DNA from: Thalia democratica | Lineage: Eukaryota | Reading direction: 5' to 3' | NCBI GenBank assembly: GCA_965202585.1 | Contig: OZ241833.1 | Span: 34,782,001-34,846,000, forward strand | Length of the DNA: 64,000 bases | In this document: positions 25,433 through 40,600 of the stretch, in pieces | Layout: every line of letters starts with the position of its first letter | Position numbering within the stretch: the first letter of the stretch is position 1 | Made by a program: the position numbers and the translations under genes | Notes under the pieces: generated by a model | What the model was told of the DNA's origin: nothing | Seen by the model: the letters and a program-made list of their open reading frames with translations, nothing else | Databases searched by the model: none

Positions 25433-26110
25433 AAGGAGTGGGCAACGTAGGGCCCGCGGAGTGAAAATGACTGACCCCAGACCGTTTTTCAAATTTAAAT
25501 AGAATCCGGCCCGCATATGAAATTGACCAGCCCGCGAGCGATGTGACAGGTCAATATTATATTTTTTACAAATTTTGTATCATATTTCTACAAAACAAAA
25601 CTGGAAGAGTTTGACTTCGAAAACATGCTTAAAAATGGCTTTTAAGTTCAATGTTTACTGATAAAAACACCATTTGTCCTAATATTTTGTGTATAATTAT
25701 AACTTAGTTGGAATATCCTTTTCTCAAATTACCCAAGCACAAAGTTTATTTAAATCTGTTTTTTTACATACCTAATTTTGTCAACTAATATGTCAATTTT
25801 AGACATTGTATAAACATCTGACATGTCTCAATCTACATCTTAAGTTGTCACACTTGAGAAATTTTTGTGAGTTTGAAGTATTCAGAAAAGTGATCTCCCG
25901 TATCAATAAAATAATATTCCGGCCGGATTCAAAACTTTCGTTTAAATTAGAACCCGACAGGATCCGGATGAAATTTTAAAATTTGGATCCGGATCTAAAA
26001 AATCATTATCCGGCTGGATCCGGTAAACCACCATCTCGAAATGCTCCGGCCCGTTAAAGACTAAAATTGTCCGTACCCCGCCCACCGATTAAAAACGTTG
26101 CCCACTCTTA
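25433..26110. mobile_element. hAT (Charlie-like) MITE
   Basis: TIRs (A)AGGAGTGGGCAACGT / ACGTTGCCCACTCTTA, with subterminal GGCCCGCGG and CCGGAT motifs. The 8-bp TSD is ATCTAAAT / ATCTAGAT, an NTCTAGAN-type target. Confidence 0.8.
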
Positions 26111-28855
26111 ATCTAGATCATAATTTTTTTTAGTTCGAACCTTTGAAAACTATTTAAATTTTCGCTTTTAAGTTTTATTTGCGCTCAATTAAATATGAAC
26201 TTTCTTACTATGACACTTTAAAAATCATATCTCTTTCATAACTTTTAAGTGGAGATAACTTATTGAAATAATGAATTAATCCTTTCTCAAGAATTCAACA
26301 CAGGGTACCTTTTCTTAAACGTTGGTAAGTTTTTTGAATTTAAAAAACTGCTAGCATAAACTACGAATGCTTTAATTAAGTTTGTAACTAAATTGAATTT
26401 AATATCAACGATAACTAAACAGCTCTCATTATCTAAATTTTATTTATAAAAAGTAGCTTTAAACGGTTTTCATATAAAATATTACTGAAAGAGCTAAAAA
26501 TACAATTAGTTTTAAGTTTGTGTTTGATGTACATTGTAAAAAGTTGTAAAAAATACTTAGATTCCTACAATCGTGGTGTACTGTTTCTCTTAACTAGTTT
26601 TACTACAAAGATTCAACGTACGAATTGCTAAAGCGCTACACAAAATGTTTTTTTTAATAGTTTAGTTTTTTGGACAATTTTAGGTTATTTCTTTTCAAAA
26701 TAGGTGATGTATAAGAAATATATAAATGTTTTTTTAATGTAAAAACATTAGTTTTTATTTTACTTGGATTATTTACTATTTCCTTATTGTTAATAGTAGT
26801 TTACGGTAATAGCTTTGAAAATTTTAAAACATTCGTTTAGTTAATCACAGATGAAAATTAGTTTGTGCAAATGTAGTTTTATTCCTACAAAAACTTATTA
26901 TATTCTTGTTTAGTTTACTTGATTTGTAAAAAAGTTAGTTTAGATATTAACGGTCTGAAAAATACTAATAAAAAAGTTAATTTCAAAACAATAGAATTCA
27001 TCACTAAATTAAATTCTATCAAAAGGCTGACATAGTAATAATTGCTAAACCCGTAAAGTACACATGCTAATTATCTAGAACTTTGTACCCAAATCTAAAA
27101 AAACTCCTGAAAATGAGACATTGTAATTGAAGTTGCTCTATATCTAGTGGTCCTGAAACTTATAAAGTTAGATTCGTATTAATTAACAGCATAAGGTCTA
27201 ACAAAGTGTATGAAAATATGGCATTTACAAATGTTAGCTTTACAAGAACTTAAAATAAAAGAAAAATGCCCTTTAATTCTAGCATATGTTCTTATAATGA
27301 TTAGTTTTATAACTAGTTTAGAATGTTTGTTAAAAGCTTGCTACGTAATAACAAAATACTTTATTAAAGAGGTCCTTTTACTATGTGTTCTTATATTGTT
27401 TAATTTGATAAAAAATCAAGAATTTATGTCAAAATTTATTTATATCGTAAGAACATATTTGACTAGGAGATACACGTACAATTAATATAAAAAAAAAGAT
27501 TATAAAATAGTACACAAATATAAAATATAAAATCATAAGTATAAACAAAAATTTTTTTTAAACTTTTAAGCGAGAGTTTGATTTAAAAGTAATCACAAAA
27601 AACTTTAAGACTTTAAAAATACAAAAATATATTATTTTCTGACTTTTATACAAAAAAAAGAATTAAAAAAGTTGTTTCATGTCTGAATGCTTTTTATGAC
27701 GAAATGTCATAAAACTTGTTTATTTTGTTCACCATTTTTTATCTTGAAATGCTTTTAAATAAAACTATAAACTTTTTTTTTGTTAGTTCTTAAAAAATTA
27801 TTTAGGATATAAATCAAAAGATAATAAAATAAAACCAAGCAACCGATAATGCAAAAATGTAAAAAACATAAATTTGTTTTCTAAATAAAAAAAAGTTAAT
27901 CTTAAATTATCGACTTTTAATTTTTAGGCAGTATTTTATTGTTTAACTTACTACTAAAAATTTTTCCAGTTATTTTGCAATCAAATAATCAAATGTAGAA
28001 CTTTACTATGTTTAATCCCTAACTTAAAAAAATAATTCTTTGTTTATTTTAAAAATCACCAAAACTCACAACCAAACACGAGAACAAATGTTTTATAGTT
28101 ATCTTTTTAGTTAGACTGCAAATGTAAGTAAAAAAAACTTGTTTTAAAATCTAAACAGTTCAACGGCACACTTAACCAGCATCTGGACATAAGAAACTTT
28201 ATCTGTTTATTATTTTTTAAACTATTGGCAATAACACCAATGTTTTAAGGCAGTTACAGCTTCAACCAAAATTAAAAATACCAGTTTAAAACAAAAGTGG
28301 ATCCAGTTAAAGCTAGGCGATTTAAAGGGTTTTCGCATGAATCAAGTTTTGATGTTTTTAAAAATAAAAAAACTAACCATTAAAATAGACCTATTTAATT
28401 TTTTAAAGTTTAAAAAAAGTATTTTGAAGCTTTGTTAAACAAGTTTGAATAGTAGGTAACAATCTTTTTTTAGTCTTTTCACAAAAAACTAAGTGATAGT
28501 TTTCTAATTTTTGCACATTTTTGCTGATAACCTTCTATACGTTCAAAGAATAAGACGACCAGGAGATACATGTATAATCAAAAAAAAACCTTTGTGGGTC
28601 AGAATTTTTAGAAACAACTTTAGCAGGCTGCGAAATTGTGTATTTTGAAAACTCAAAAAATTACTTTAAAACATAAAATAGCAATGAAATGATGATTTGA
28701 TAAGCATTGCTGTGTACAGTAATATAAACACAAATAAGGGTTTTATTCTAAGTATTGTTATGAAAGCAGTCATGTCTGTTTGAACACACCAGATGATTTT
28801 AAGGTAGAAAATAAGTTGTGAGAAATAGTTTTCTGTTTGTTGACCGAATCTAGAC

Positions 28856-28880
28856 CGCGGACTGTACGTTGCCCACCCCT
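28856..28880. mobile_element. Isolated terminus of the same hAT MITE family
   Basis: CGCGGACTGTACGTTGCCCACCCCT matches the right TIR at 26095-26108. The other end was not found. Confidence 0.45.
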
Positions 28881-29963
28881 TAATTAAACTATAAGAATCA
28901 AAGTGCATATTTGACAGTAATTTTATATAAAATAGATGTGATAATACTTGTACACTTTCTTCTTAGAACAAATTACTCTTTTGATTAGTACCTTTTTTTT
29001 GCAAATAATAAATTGACAAATAAATATTTAGAAATCAATAGTTTCAAACAAATATATGCACCTCGATCATTAATATTTATTGTTTAGAAAATTTTATACT
29101 TTAAGTTTCAATTGCAAAGATTGAGGATAAATAATATAACTAACAAATAATTCTGTATATTGTTTTTTAGAATGTATCTTTGTTAAAAATATATTTTGTA
29201 TTGAAATGTTAACTAAATATGTCTTTTTGACAAAAGTTTAAGTAGTGAAATTTATTTCGGCTTTTACATTCTAGCTTTATTTGTACTAATAAACATATAA
29301 CTAAAAATGATATAGAAAAACTTAATGACTTATAATTTATATGTGGTAAAATCTATGCTGAAAACAGTAAAAATAGTTCTTAATTCCAAAATATTAAAAC
29401 TTAAAACTATTTTTGGTTAAAATACAAATTTACAAACTATTAACAGACCTAGTAATAAAATTTAGTTAAGGTGAAAAAAAAAAACTTATAATAAAATATT
29501 ATATGAACAAAAGTGTTGTATGTCTGTGTAAAATTTTGATAAAAAACTTTGTTTAACTTATTATCTAGATTTAAAGACTTCACTACATTTACACAAAAAT
29601 ATGCTAAACTATTAACAGCAAAAATGTGTTTAATTTTTCGAAAAATTCATGCAAAGACAAGTAAAAGGTAGAAAAACAACTTACAACAAAAACACTAAGC
29701 AAATTAAAAACTATTTAAACATTAATAAAACTGAACTTAACTTTTACTTGCATTGGTCATTACTAATAAGCAAAAATGTAAGAGGAACAAAAAAAAAAAA
29801 GGTTTGTTCAAACGAAAACTAGGTATTCAGAATTGCATAAATCGACACAAAAAATTTTTCAAACAAAAAAAAAAGAAGACAAAAAGGCAGAAGTGGTTAA
29901 ATTACTGGCATCAAAAAAAAAAAAAAACCAAAAAAAAAGTTTATTATTTTTATTTTCTATGAT

Positions 29964-32900
29964 TCAATTCAAAAAAAGCTTGTCGCCCGTGACGCTTTTC
30001 AACCTTTTCCACCTTTCGGCGTTTCTTATTGAAAGTTTCACTTTGTAGGGCCGGGGCACCTGGGTGAGGTCGCCCACGCCCTCCAGCGAGTACCCCTCCC
30101 CCTCCACCCCTTCCGCGCGGCACACCGAGAAGAAGACCACCGCGAAGTAGGACGCGAGCAGGAGGGCGAACCTCCTCCCGGGACACTTCCTGGCGCCCGC
30201 GGAAAAAATCAGGTACTTTTCCGCCTTCTTGCCGTCCAGCCGCCCGCTCCCGTCCACGAACCTCGCCGGGTCGAACTCGTCGGGGCTTTCCCACTCGCGC
30301 GGGTCGTGGTTGGGCGTGCGCTGGTCCACGAAGACGATGTGGCGGCGGGGAATTTTTTTTCCCGCCACGGTGACGTCGCGCGTGGCGGCGTGCGGGATGG
30401 TGAAGGCGACGAACGACTGGTGGCGCGTCACCTCGTGCATGAACGACTGCAGCGACGTCATCGCTCTGACGTCACTCATCGTCACCTGGCCGACGTCGCC
30501 GTTGTTGCGCTGCAGGCAGTCTTCCACTTCGTCTATGATCTGTTTTTTTTGTAGTTAATTAACTTTTACTATTTAACCATTTAAATTTAAGTTTTATCAA
30601 ACAGTTTAGTTATCAGTAAGTAAACATAAGGTATACCAGTTGTATTAAGTTATAAAGTGTTAATTCCGGTTAAACTGTTTTAAAGATTGTACTTGTTTAT
30701 AGAAAACAAAAAAATTAAAACTGCACGATGCTTACAAACTTTGTACTGTAAATCTAAAATGCAAGTACGGAAACAGCTGATAACTTATTGAATTGAGCAA
30801 AAAATAAGCAATTTTTATGGCAATAGAATTTGGTTTAAGGTAATTGACACTCATCATTAAAAACTATTCTAAACCGAACACATGAAAAAATTTTTTGACA
30901 TGGCAATCACATTAAACTCGCAAAACATCTCGTAAACTTCAGGGCGTTTAAGAAAATCTCACACCAACTACCAGTTAAAAAATATCAAAAACAAACAAAC
31001 TTTTTTCTGGTAGTGGTCGTACTTGACGCTGTACAGCAGCATCCACTTGATCAGGGCGGCCGTGGTGTCCTGGGACGCCCCGAATATGTCCGTCATGATC
31101 GCCACTTTCTCCATCTGGGACACGCGCTCGCCCGTACCGTCCAGCTCGTCCAATAGGGAGCCGTATATTCCGAACCGCTCCGAATCGTACCGGTACTCGA
31201 GGACTCTGTCGGATTATTTTGATCTCATGTTTTTACAAGCATTTACTAGTTTGTTTCGTTTAGGTTGGCGTTTATTGAAAACTAAAACGTTAGAGGGTTT
31301 TAATAGAAGCCAAATGATTTTTTTTCGGTTTTGTTTAATACTTTTTCATTTTAGAAAACGATAAAAAAAACATCAAGGTTGTTCAAAAAAATTTTTAAAA
31401 AAAGACTAGTTAATTTTGCTCGTGTTGGTTCAGTATGAAAAGTATATCTTAAAAGATTCGGGTTTTTGTATAAACGACCACTGAAAATTTAATAGTTTAA
31501 GTACTTGTAGTGAAAAAGAGCTAAAAGTTTTAGAAAATTATAGTAGCTGTACTTTAGTATAAAAAACGAAACCATTTGTTTTGTCAAGTTGTAATCATAA
31601 AACAAATTTTATTACGTATTTTTAAGCGAACTACATGTGTTTTTTTATTTGATTGTGTAAACTATATGTAACTCAAAGATATTATAAAACTAAAGCTTTT
31701 AGTTTTAAAAACTAATATTTAGCTATCTAAAGTGCTACCTATTTGAACTTAACAATAATCGAAAAACTTAAGATAATTATTTTATACATATGTTTATGTT
31801 TTGATAGATAACATTAGAACAATTTATTTACAAAGAGTGTTTATGCATAACTAATTTACTATATCTACATAAGTTCAGCGATTGATTTCATAAATGGTTA
31901 CTTATTACTTTAACAACGAGTCTCAGGTTTATTTTTATTTATTTTGAACTCAAACCTCTGTTTGTTCCAATTCGTCATGTCATCCATCAGTTTCTTGAAG
32001 CTGAGTTGCTTTTTCTTGAACACTGGTATCTTCTGCAAACACGATAAACTTTATTATAAAAAATACAATTGTACATATATGATTATCTAATTTTTTTTGC
32101 ATATTTGGTTGTTTTAACATTAGTTTTTAGTTATTTTGCACATTTTTTATTTAAAATGACTGATAAAAAGTCGAAACGTAAACGTCACAAGTATGTAATA
32201 AACTATGAATTTACAATGTGTATCTCTCTAAAATGGTATTTAAAAATTAAAAAAGTTTAAGAAAAATTTAACAAAAGATATTTGTGATTAAAATATTTCT
32301 CTTTTTCAAAAGACAAAGTAGTGTCTTTTTAGTAAAAAACTGCAGACTACAAAATTAATAAAAGCAAAAGACAAAAATGTTTATGTATGAAAACTTATGG
32401 AGGCTCTGTGCGAAACTCTTTAAAACAAGTTATAAAAGTTTGTATGGCACAACAAAAACAGTAGTAGATAATTTAAAGTTAAAAATTCCCAAACCAATAA
32501 AATTATGTCGTGTGAAAATGGAACGCCTTACACAGCTCGTTTAGTTTCACTGAACTCATTTTATGCTTTCAATCGCCATAACTGCTGGTATATATAGATA
32601 TAATGACAAAAACTGACGTAACATTAAAACTATATCGCCGTTATTAATAATTCATTTAAAGCGTTTTCATTTAATTTACATGATTCTTATCAGTAGTTTT
32701 TATATTTTTACGTACTAAAAAACAAAAGTGTTTCACTATCGTTTTTTTTTCTAGACGAAGTTGTTTTTTTCATTGTTCTTTTATTTTTTAAATGATTTTT
32801 TAAGCAACAAAACGTAAAAGAAAACGCTTTGATGATAGTTAAAAAAAAATCTAATAGCTAACATAGTTAAAAGCTAGTAAAACATTTTATATTGCTTGTA

Positions 32901-34638
32901 CACCTATAGGTTAAAGAAGAATTAACAAAGACCGGAAAGAAAGTAAGTGACTCATTTAAAAAAAGTTTTAAATAGTAACAGTTTAAGTAATTAAAAAGTT
33001 ATAACGTTATAGCATTTACGTCATTTTAACTCACATGAGAGCTATAGTAGGTTTAATAAAAATGTTTTAATAACTTGTTGCAAACTTACGACTTATGACT
33101 TAAAGAAAACTAATATAACATATAATAATTAGAGATAAACTTTACTGAATCTTAATCATTAATATATTTGTACTTTAAGTATAAAAACTTCAATATAATA
33201 AAAAAACACTTTAGGTTTTTAAGCTATTTAAAAATATTCTAATTTTGATTTGAAAAAGTGTATATTTGGACATTATTATACAGATATATTGGAACAGGAA
33301 TATAAAAGCATTAAATAAAAAAAAACCACTCGTTTAATTTTAACAAAAAAAAGTAACTATTTTAAAACTAGAAATTAAACTAGCTTTAAAGTAGTTTTAT
33401 AACTCGTTTTGTTTTAAAGTAACATTTTATCAAAAATAACTTATATAAAGCTTAGTTTCACTATTTTGGTAACTTTTTTGGATTAATTTTTAAAAACTAA
33501 ACTAAGTAAAGTCATAAAAAAAGATTGAATAAATTAGATTAATGATAGTTTAGTTTAAAAAAAATATTTTAAAAAATAAAGGTTTTAAGTAGCTTAAATT
33601 GCTTATTCTTCGCAAAATGTGAAGTTTTAAACTTTTTAATTCTAAATTTTCTTCGGAAAAAAGCAGTAAACATAGACTTATATTTGCTTATTGCACAAAT
33701 TTTAAATTTAAATACTTTTTCATTAGTTTTGCCTTAGAATAATAAAAAAATATTTTAGATTTTATTTAAATCTAAAATTAAGACTTAGCTCAGATTTGTT
33801 GAAAAGCTAAAACTTATAGAACGTTTGTTAATGACTGTAAGTCATTTTGATACTAAAATGTACACTTTTCTTTTAAAATAACTCTTAATTTAGAAAATTA
33901 ATTATATCTATTTAAATGTTTAAGATCAGCATTTTTTTTTTGGTGTAACGGCTCATAAATGTTTTACAAATAAAAGGGTCGTTAAAATGTTTTGTGAAGA
34001 AATAACCATAACGTGTTAGCATGAGATGTTCAATAGAAAAATAAAACTATTTGTTTGAAAACCTTTATGTTATGAAAATTATCTCCATGAAAGTTTATCG
34101 CTATCATATTTCACCGTTTCTTGAATTTTGTAAGATTAAAATGGCATAAAAAATTTAAAAGCAACTGAAAATAAGAAGGGTTACAAACTTACGTATTACA
34201 AAAAATAATGCAATAAATAATTTATACTTAATAGAACTGGTTTTATGCCTCGAAAACAATTTATTTATATTTTATTTATTAAAAAAGCTATTGATGCTAT
34301 TAAAATTAATTTTTAGTTAATCCAGAATAAGTAAAGCTGTACACTTTTTCGCCTCATGGCCTCCTTCAGGGTAATACTGCAACTTTGGTAAAATCCTGCT
34401 TTAGAAGCTACTCCCAGTTTAAGTCAGTAATTTTTATGACTACAATATGACTTTTCATAAAAAACTTTATAAACAAACTGACTTGTACCCAAGGCATGCA
34501 GTCAATTTTGTTGTTGACTCCAATCATTTGTCCGAACTCTTTGTTGTTTCGGATCAACTGCTTGAATTGCTGTAAAAAAGACAACATATATATATTTATC
34601 AATACGTAGTTTTTTAAAAGTGAAAAATTAAAAATAAA

Positions 34639-34678
<40 letters not shown>

Positions 34679-37600
34679 TTTATTTTTAATTTTTATATAT
34701 ATATATATATACATTTTTTATTTTTGCCACAATTATTATCATATATAATTTATGTATTTCTACCACTAAAAACAACTAATGTTCGTATTGTTTACTCAAA
34801 TTTAAACATTTAACCCGTTTCATCAGAACATAATTTTATATATATACAGACTAAAAACTACGCTTTAGAAATATATCTGGGATTTGAAAGATAGAATTTA
34901 GCATTAGCTGGGACATTTTAAAACGAACAAAAACAAACTTAGTTTAAAACATGGCTGCACTCTCTGCAGTATGGAAAAACACGAGATCTCAAAATTAAAC
35001 TCAAATTTAGCTTTAAATAAAGGAAATGAAATTTTTAGTAATTGTAAACATTTTTAATCATTCATATCAACTCATTTTAAAAACAATTTTGAACATTTAT
35101 GCAAGCTTAGTATGTCTTATTATTTTTTTGATTTATTTAGTGACGTAACAATCCTTAAACTTTTTGCTTATTTTCATGTACATTTTGAGTTATGTTTTAA
35201 GATATTATTACAATAAACAAACCGAAGATCTGTTCTTTAACAGAACAGTGAAACAATTGTATTAAANNNNNNNNNNNNNNNNNNNNNNNNNNNNNNNNNN
35301 NNNNNNNNNNNNNNNNNNNNNNNNNNNNNNNNNNNNNNNNNNNNNNNNNNNNNNNNNNNNNNNNNNNNNNNNNNNNNNNNNNNNNNNNNNNNNNNNNNNN
35401 NNNNGGAAGAACTAAAACAAAATCGAAAACAAAAAAACATGCCATTTATGTTGCTTAGAAAAGTACGAAATCGAAAAAATTAAAAATGATTTATCAGTAA
35501 ATAAAATAAAAGAAAGGCAGCAGCCCTGTCTTCACAATCAAAACATGTATTTCAAAAGAACAAAACCCACTAATCAATAACAACAAACAACAATAAAATA
35601 AAACCAAAACAAGAACAACCAAAGCAAAAATAAGTTGACTTGTACATAAGTTGTTTTTAAGATAGGCTAACTAAAATTATTCAATTTTCTTTGAAACGTC
35701 ATAATGTGTTTTTTGTGTGATTCTGTAAAAAATTTGCTAAGTACTTTATTTCGTTCTGAAGATACGTGTTAAACGTTGAGACTAAGTAAACGATACGAAA
35801 ATTAGTTGTTTTTTTTGCATTATAAATAAATAAATAAATATATATGGTAGGCGAAAAACTATCAACACTTAAAAAATATGTATTAAGTAATAGTTTCAAA
35901 AATTGACAATTTCTAAGAAAAGGAATTGAGCATGTTAAAATTTATTTCAACCACTGAAAGTCTAGTTCTTTTGGTATAAGGTCGTTATACCAAATTGCCG
36001 CGTTTCAAAGCAACTTTTGCGGAAACTTTATCACGTCAAAGGCGCTTCGCACTTAGCAAACAACACCTCATTGGTTGGCTTTGATGTCACGCCCGATGCT
36101 CATTGGCTCTTTGAAGATACGCTCTGTTGATCATTTTAGCTTGCACGCTATACTTAGCTAGCACGCGAGTCACTTCCTAATAACTAACTTCGGGTTACAC
36201 ACGCGATGTTTGTGTGCGAATAGTTGGAATACTTTGCTGCTCGAGAAGAAGTATTAGTTTTGATGGGTCGCTCAGGTCAATTGTGTTTGGAGTTTATTTT
36301 GGAAAGTTGGCTGTTTTTTAACTATTTACTATTATAATACTCGCACCAAGCTTTGTAGCGTGTCTAAACCAGACAAAGAAATAGTTATTAGTATCTTGGA
36401 AATTTAATTATTATTTTACTATAAAAATGAAAATAACCTTTTTTAGGACCGAGTTTTAGCTTTAAAAATAAAAGTTATATTTTGCTATCAAAAAGTCTAA
36501 AATTAAGTTTTATATATACCACAGATCTTATTAAAAAGAATCAATTGTTTTTGTAGTTTATAAATTTAATTATAAAACATTTTTCAAACAACAGTCATCA
36601 ACTGGAGAAAATAGCATACGTTTTAATTAAATTTCAGAACGCTTAAGACATGAAGATAATATTTTAAAATGCTAAGAATTTAAAATCTGTAGCTTTTTGA
36701 GCAAAAACACGAAACAAGCCTTAAAACAGATAGAGGATATGAGCTATTTTATTAATCAGTTGAATTATAATAATCAATTTTAAAACACAAGATAACCATT
36801 AACTAAATAGTTAATGTTTAAAAACTACTCAACTACAAGAAAAGTGCTCACTTGGTCGTGAAACTGGAACCTTTCTCCGTATCCCAACGAGCAAGCAATG
36901 TTGGCCACAGCCAGGTGGATTGAGAGACCAGGGTCCACTTCGACCGAACATTTTACTGCTTGGGTCAACAAATGATCGAGCATGTGACCGACTTCGGTGT
37001 ATATGCATGAGTTGAACTCTGGTCTGTTTTGTTTGACCGATTAAACTTTACTGTCAAAATATAGACTGTTTTGTGTATTGAAGTTTTGAAATACTACTTA
37101 AATATAAATTAATTGGTACTTAAATATTTTTTTTAATCGCTGCTCATTTATTTTGCTTTTAACGTACTAATAAAATACTCTGGACCAGGTATTTAAGTTA
37201 TGCTAGTGGTTCTATAAAAAATAAAGTTCAATAAAAAAGTGTTCAAATTATACTGTAACTTTTGTAAAACGTCCTTAACTTAACTAAATTAAATATGCAC
37301 AAAAGAGTTGTTAAAAAGCGACCTAGTCAATATTCTGACGATATAGTTAGTCAACTTGTTTAAACTTATGAAAAATTTTCGATTAACCGACTTTAAATAT
37401 ACAAAGACACTTAAAAGTTGTTTACTTGATAACTCATAACCATTGTTTAAAAACTCGTACAAGCAGAAAAAATTTCAAAACTTTTCAAGTTACACATTTT
37501 GTCGCTGTTTAAAAAAAAAAAACTAAAAAAAGTTCAAATACACAACTAAAAAATGCTTTAAACAGTAAAAACCACCGACTTGTTCACGTTCTGGTTCAGT

Positions 37601-40600
37601 ATCTTGATCATCATCTGCTTCTTGCTCCGCCACTCCATCCCCTCCTCCCGTTCCGCGTCGTTGAACACCAGCCCCTCTCCCGCGCTCACGTACTTGTACG
37701 ACTTGAAGCGGGGACGCCCCGAAAGCGCGACCTGGTTGCCCACCAGCGCCTCGTGGATGACCCGGTACCCGCTGAGGACCACTACGTCGGTGCTTCCCAG
37801 CCGGATTAGGTATATCGGGCCGTACCTGTACGGTGGTTCGGCTGGTTAGGGGTTTGTTGATTTTTTATTTGTTTGATATCTCTTCAATTTAATTGGTTAA
37901 GTCTCATTTAAAGATTATCTGTTAGATAGTTTGAAGAAGCCTGTTTAAATATCTGATTACATGATGTAGTATATTTTTTTACTTTATGTCTGATCAGGTA
38001 TATTAGCCTGTACGTGTAGGTAATATTGTTTTTTAAGCTCGGTTGATTTAGTTAGATCTATATTTTATCTTTTGTTTGTTCTTATGATTGGTTTAAAATA
38101 AAACCTGTTAAACTATCTGAATATTTCACAATTTTTTAACATTTTCAGTAGCTTTAATCAGAGTTTCCCAAAAAGGCTATACCGTCCCTTAAAGTCGGAG
38201 GTCAATATCTACTAAGGGGGCGAAGGAGGGGAGAGCAATTTAAAAACTTTGGGTTACAAGGGGGCGATAACTAGTAAGGGGCATCAACTAACTTAGTTAA
38301 GATTTTTTGGAATTTGTAGTAAATGGGTTTGGGGATAGTCATTTTTTGTTGAGGTAAAATAAAAAAGAGTTTTGAAAACCCTGCTTTAAATGTATATTGA
38401 ATTTCTGTAAGTTTTTTTATTAAAAATTAAGTATTTTCTTATGGTAAGTAATCTAACTTGAATTTAATAATTGGTTTAATGTTGGTTTTTTTTCTTACTT
38501 ATTTGAACTTTATCTTCATTAACTGCAAATTATTTTATTATATTACATAAAAAATATTATACCACTTTTTCGTTATCATTTGTTTTCATTCTAAAATTAT
38601 GAACAAATTAATATCACATAGTTATTTACTTATTATAATATTAAAGTGCTAAAATATTTTTTAAAGCTAATGTAAATATACTATAAATACTATAAGCTAA
38701 ATAAATACTTAAAAAGCAATGTTTTGTAAAACGTTTTAATAAAAAAACTGTGGTAGTTTAAAAGTTATATTTTAATGTTATAATTAAATTTTATACCACT
38801 CAATGCAGACAAAGCAATGCTTGCTGATCTGTAGTAAACAAACTCGAGTTGACCTTTTAAAGTTTCATTGAAAGGAAATTGCGTGTTGTGTTACGCAATA
38901 AAATGTCAAAAACTATAAACAAGCTTCGTAATCGGCGATTGAGAATTACTTGACGGGCGAGTAAAACTACTCGGTTGTCTAATCAGTTACCAATTAGCTA
39001 CTCAAAAATTTTTTTTTTATCTTTAAGCCTTTTAATTCTTTTATTGAGCCATTTTTAAAAATTTATATCAAACTTTTTTTATAATAAATAAGATATTATT
39101 ACCATTTAAATGCATTAAAATAAGTCTTTGTTTTTATTTATATCACTCTGCAGTATAATTTGGATAAGTTTAAGATAAAAAACATAACAGGAATTTTTTC
39201 TACTGACTAAAATTGATAACAGTACTATATATGACAACTAACTATCTCATAAAATATTAATTTATCAGTTATGTAACTTAAATTTTGAATAAGTTTTATG
39301 AACAAAAGCTTGTAGTGGAATTGAAAATTATTTATAGCAACTTAAAATATATACAAATACAACAAAAAAACATTTTATTATTTACTAGTTATAAGAAAGA
39401 TATGTGTCTGCATATATTATAATCATAAGTTTAATTAAATCCTTGATTTTGTAATGTACCAAAAAATTTATATTTTTAAAACCCATAATAAAAACCAACT
39501 TGCCAGCTTTATAAAAAACCGTAAAAAAATTGATAATATAAACCCCAAACAAAAACTAAATTTGAAAATAATTAACAAAAAATAGGTGGAAGTTTCACAT
39601 TGAGACATGCAAGGCTAGTTTTTAAAACATTCAAACTCAAACTACTTAGTGACTGTAGAAAATATCAATAGCTCGTCACGCGCCGCTGAACACCAGGCAT
39701 TCTCAGCATTTTCCGCACAAAAAAAAGAAATATTTAAATTAATCTTCCCCGCATGTTTTCCAAATTGCACCCCATTGCGTCACGCTTCATCGCACACCGC
39801 GTGTTTTCAAAGCCAGCGCTTTTCTAATCCGGCTGATTAATTACTTCTGCGTTGTCGGAGTTTATTAAAAAACACTGAAGCTGGGGTGTTTGTATTGACG
39901 CGGTTTTTTTCCCCATATTGATCACTTAATTCCGAAATGTAGGTTGCACTATTTTTAGCAATGTAGGTTGATTTGTCTTCTTTATTGCTCCAGTGGAATA
40001 ATTTCACATATCACTTGTTTAAGCTTCACGATTTTGTACTAACAAAGGTTTTAAACTAATTACAACTTTAGTTACCACAAATAGGAGTATAAAGAGCAAA
40101 CAGTCAAAAATACAACAGTTTGTTCTTTACATATATATTGTTCTAAAAGTAAAGGGCAGATTGTTTGCTCTGTCTCAATCAACTCAGCAGCTTAAAGTCA
40201 ACAGTTTAAAAGTCCACTCTGGTTTTTTCTAACAACTTAAGTAAGATTGATGTCGGTTTCCTCACACATGCATTTCAACAAGTAAACCAGAAATCAGCCT
40301 GCTTCGGCGGTTGGCAGGGAGGTTGAAGCGGAGTGTTTGGGACACGAAATCAGTAACAAACCCAAGTTGTGTATGAAGAATGTTTGCTATTAATAACTGA
40401 GTTCATGTGAAACACCGCTTTGTGTTTATACAATTTTGAAACACATTTGAAGTTGCAAGTTTGTTTAAATAAATTCCTCAAGTTTGTTAATTATAGGTTT
40501 TGGATTATTATTTATCAAGAAAAATACAATGGTACTTTTGTTTTTTATAAATAAATATTACTGCAAGCACAAACATGATAATAACAACAGTTTTCACAGT

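Noticed and set aside
29950-30558. Overlapping ORFs 29950-30294 (-), 30229-30558 (+) and 30306-30554 (+)
   Set aside because: These are shadow frames of the very GC-rich last CYP exon, where stop codons are scarce.
35197-35445. ORFs spanning the N run
   Set aside because: They are artefacts of translating through the assembly gap.
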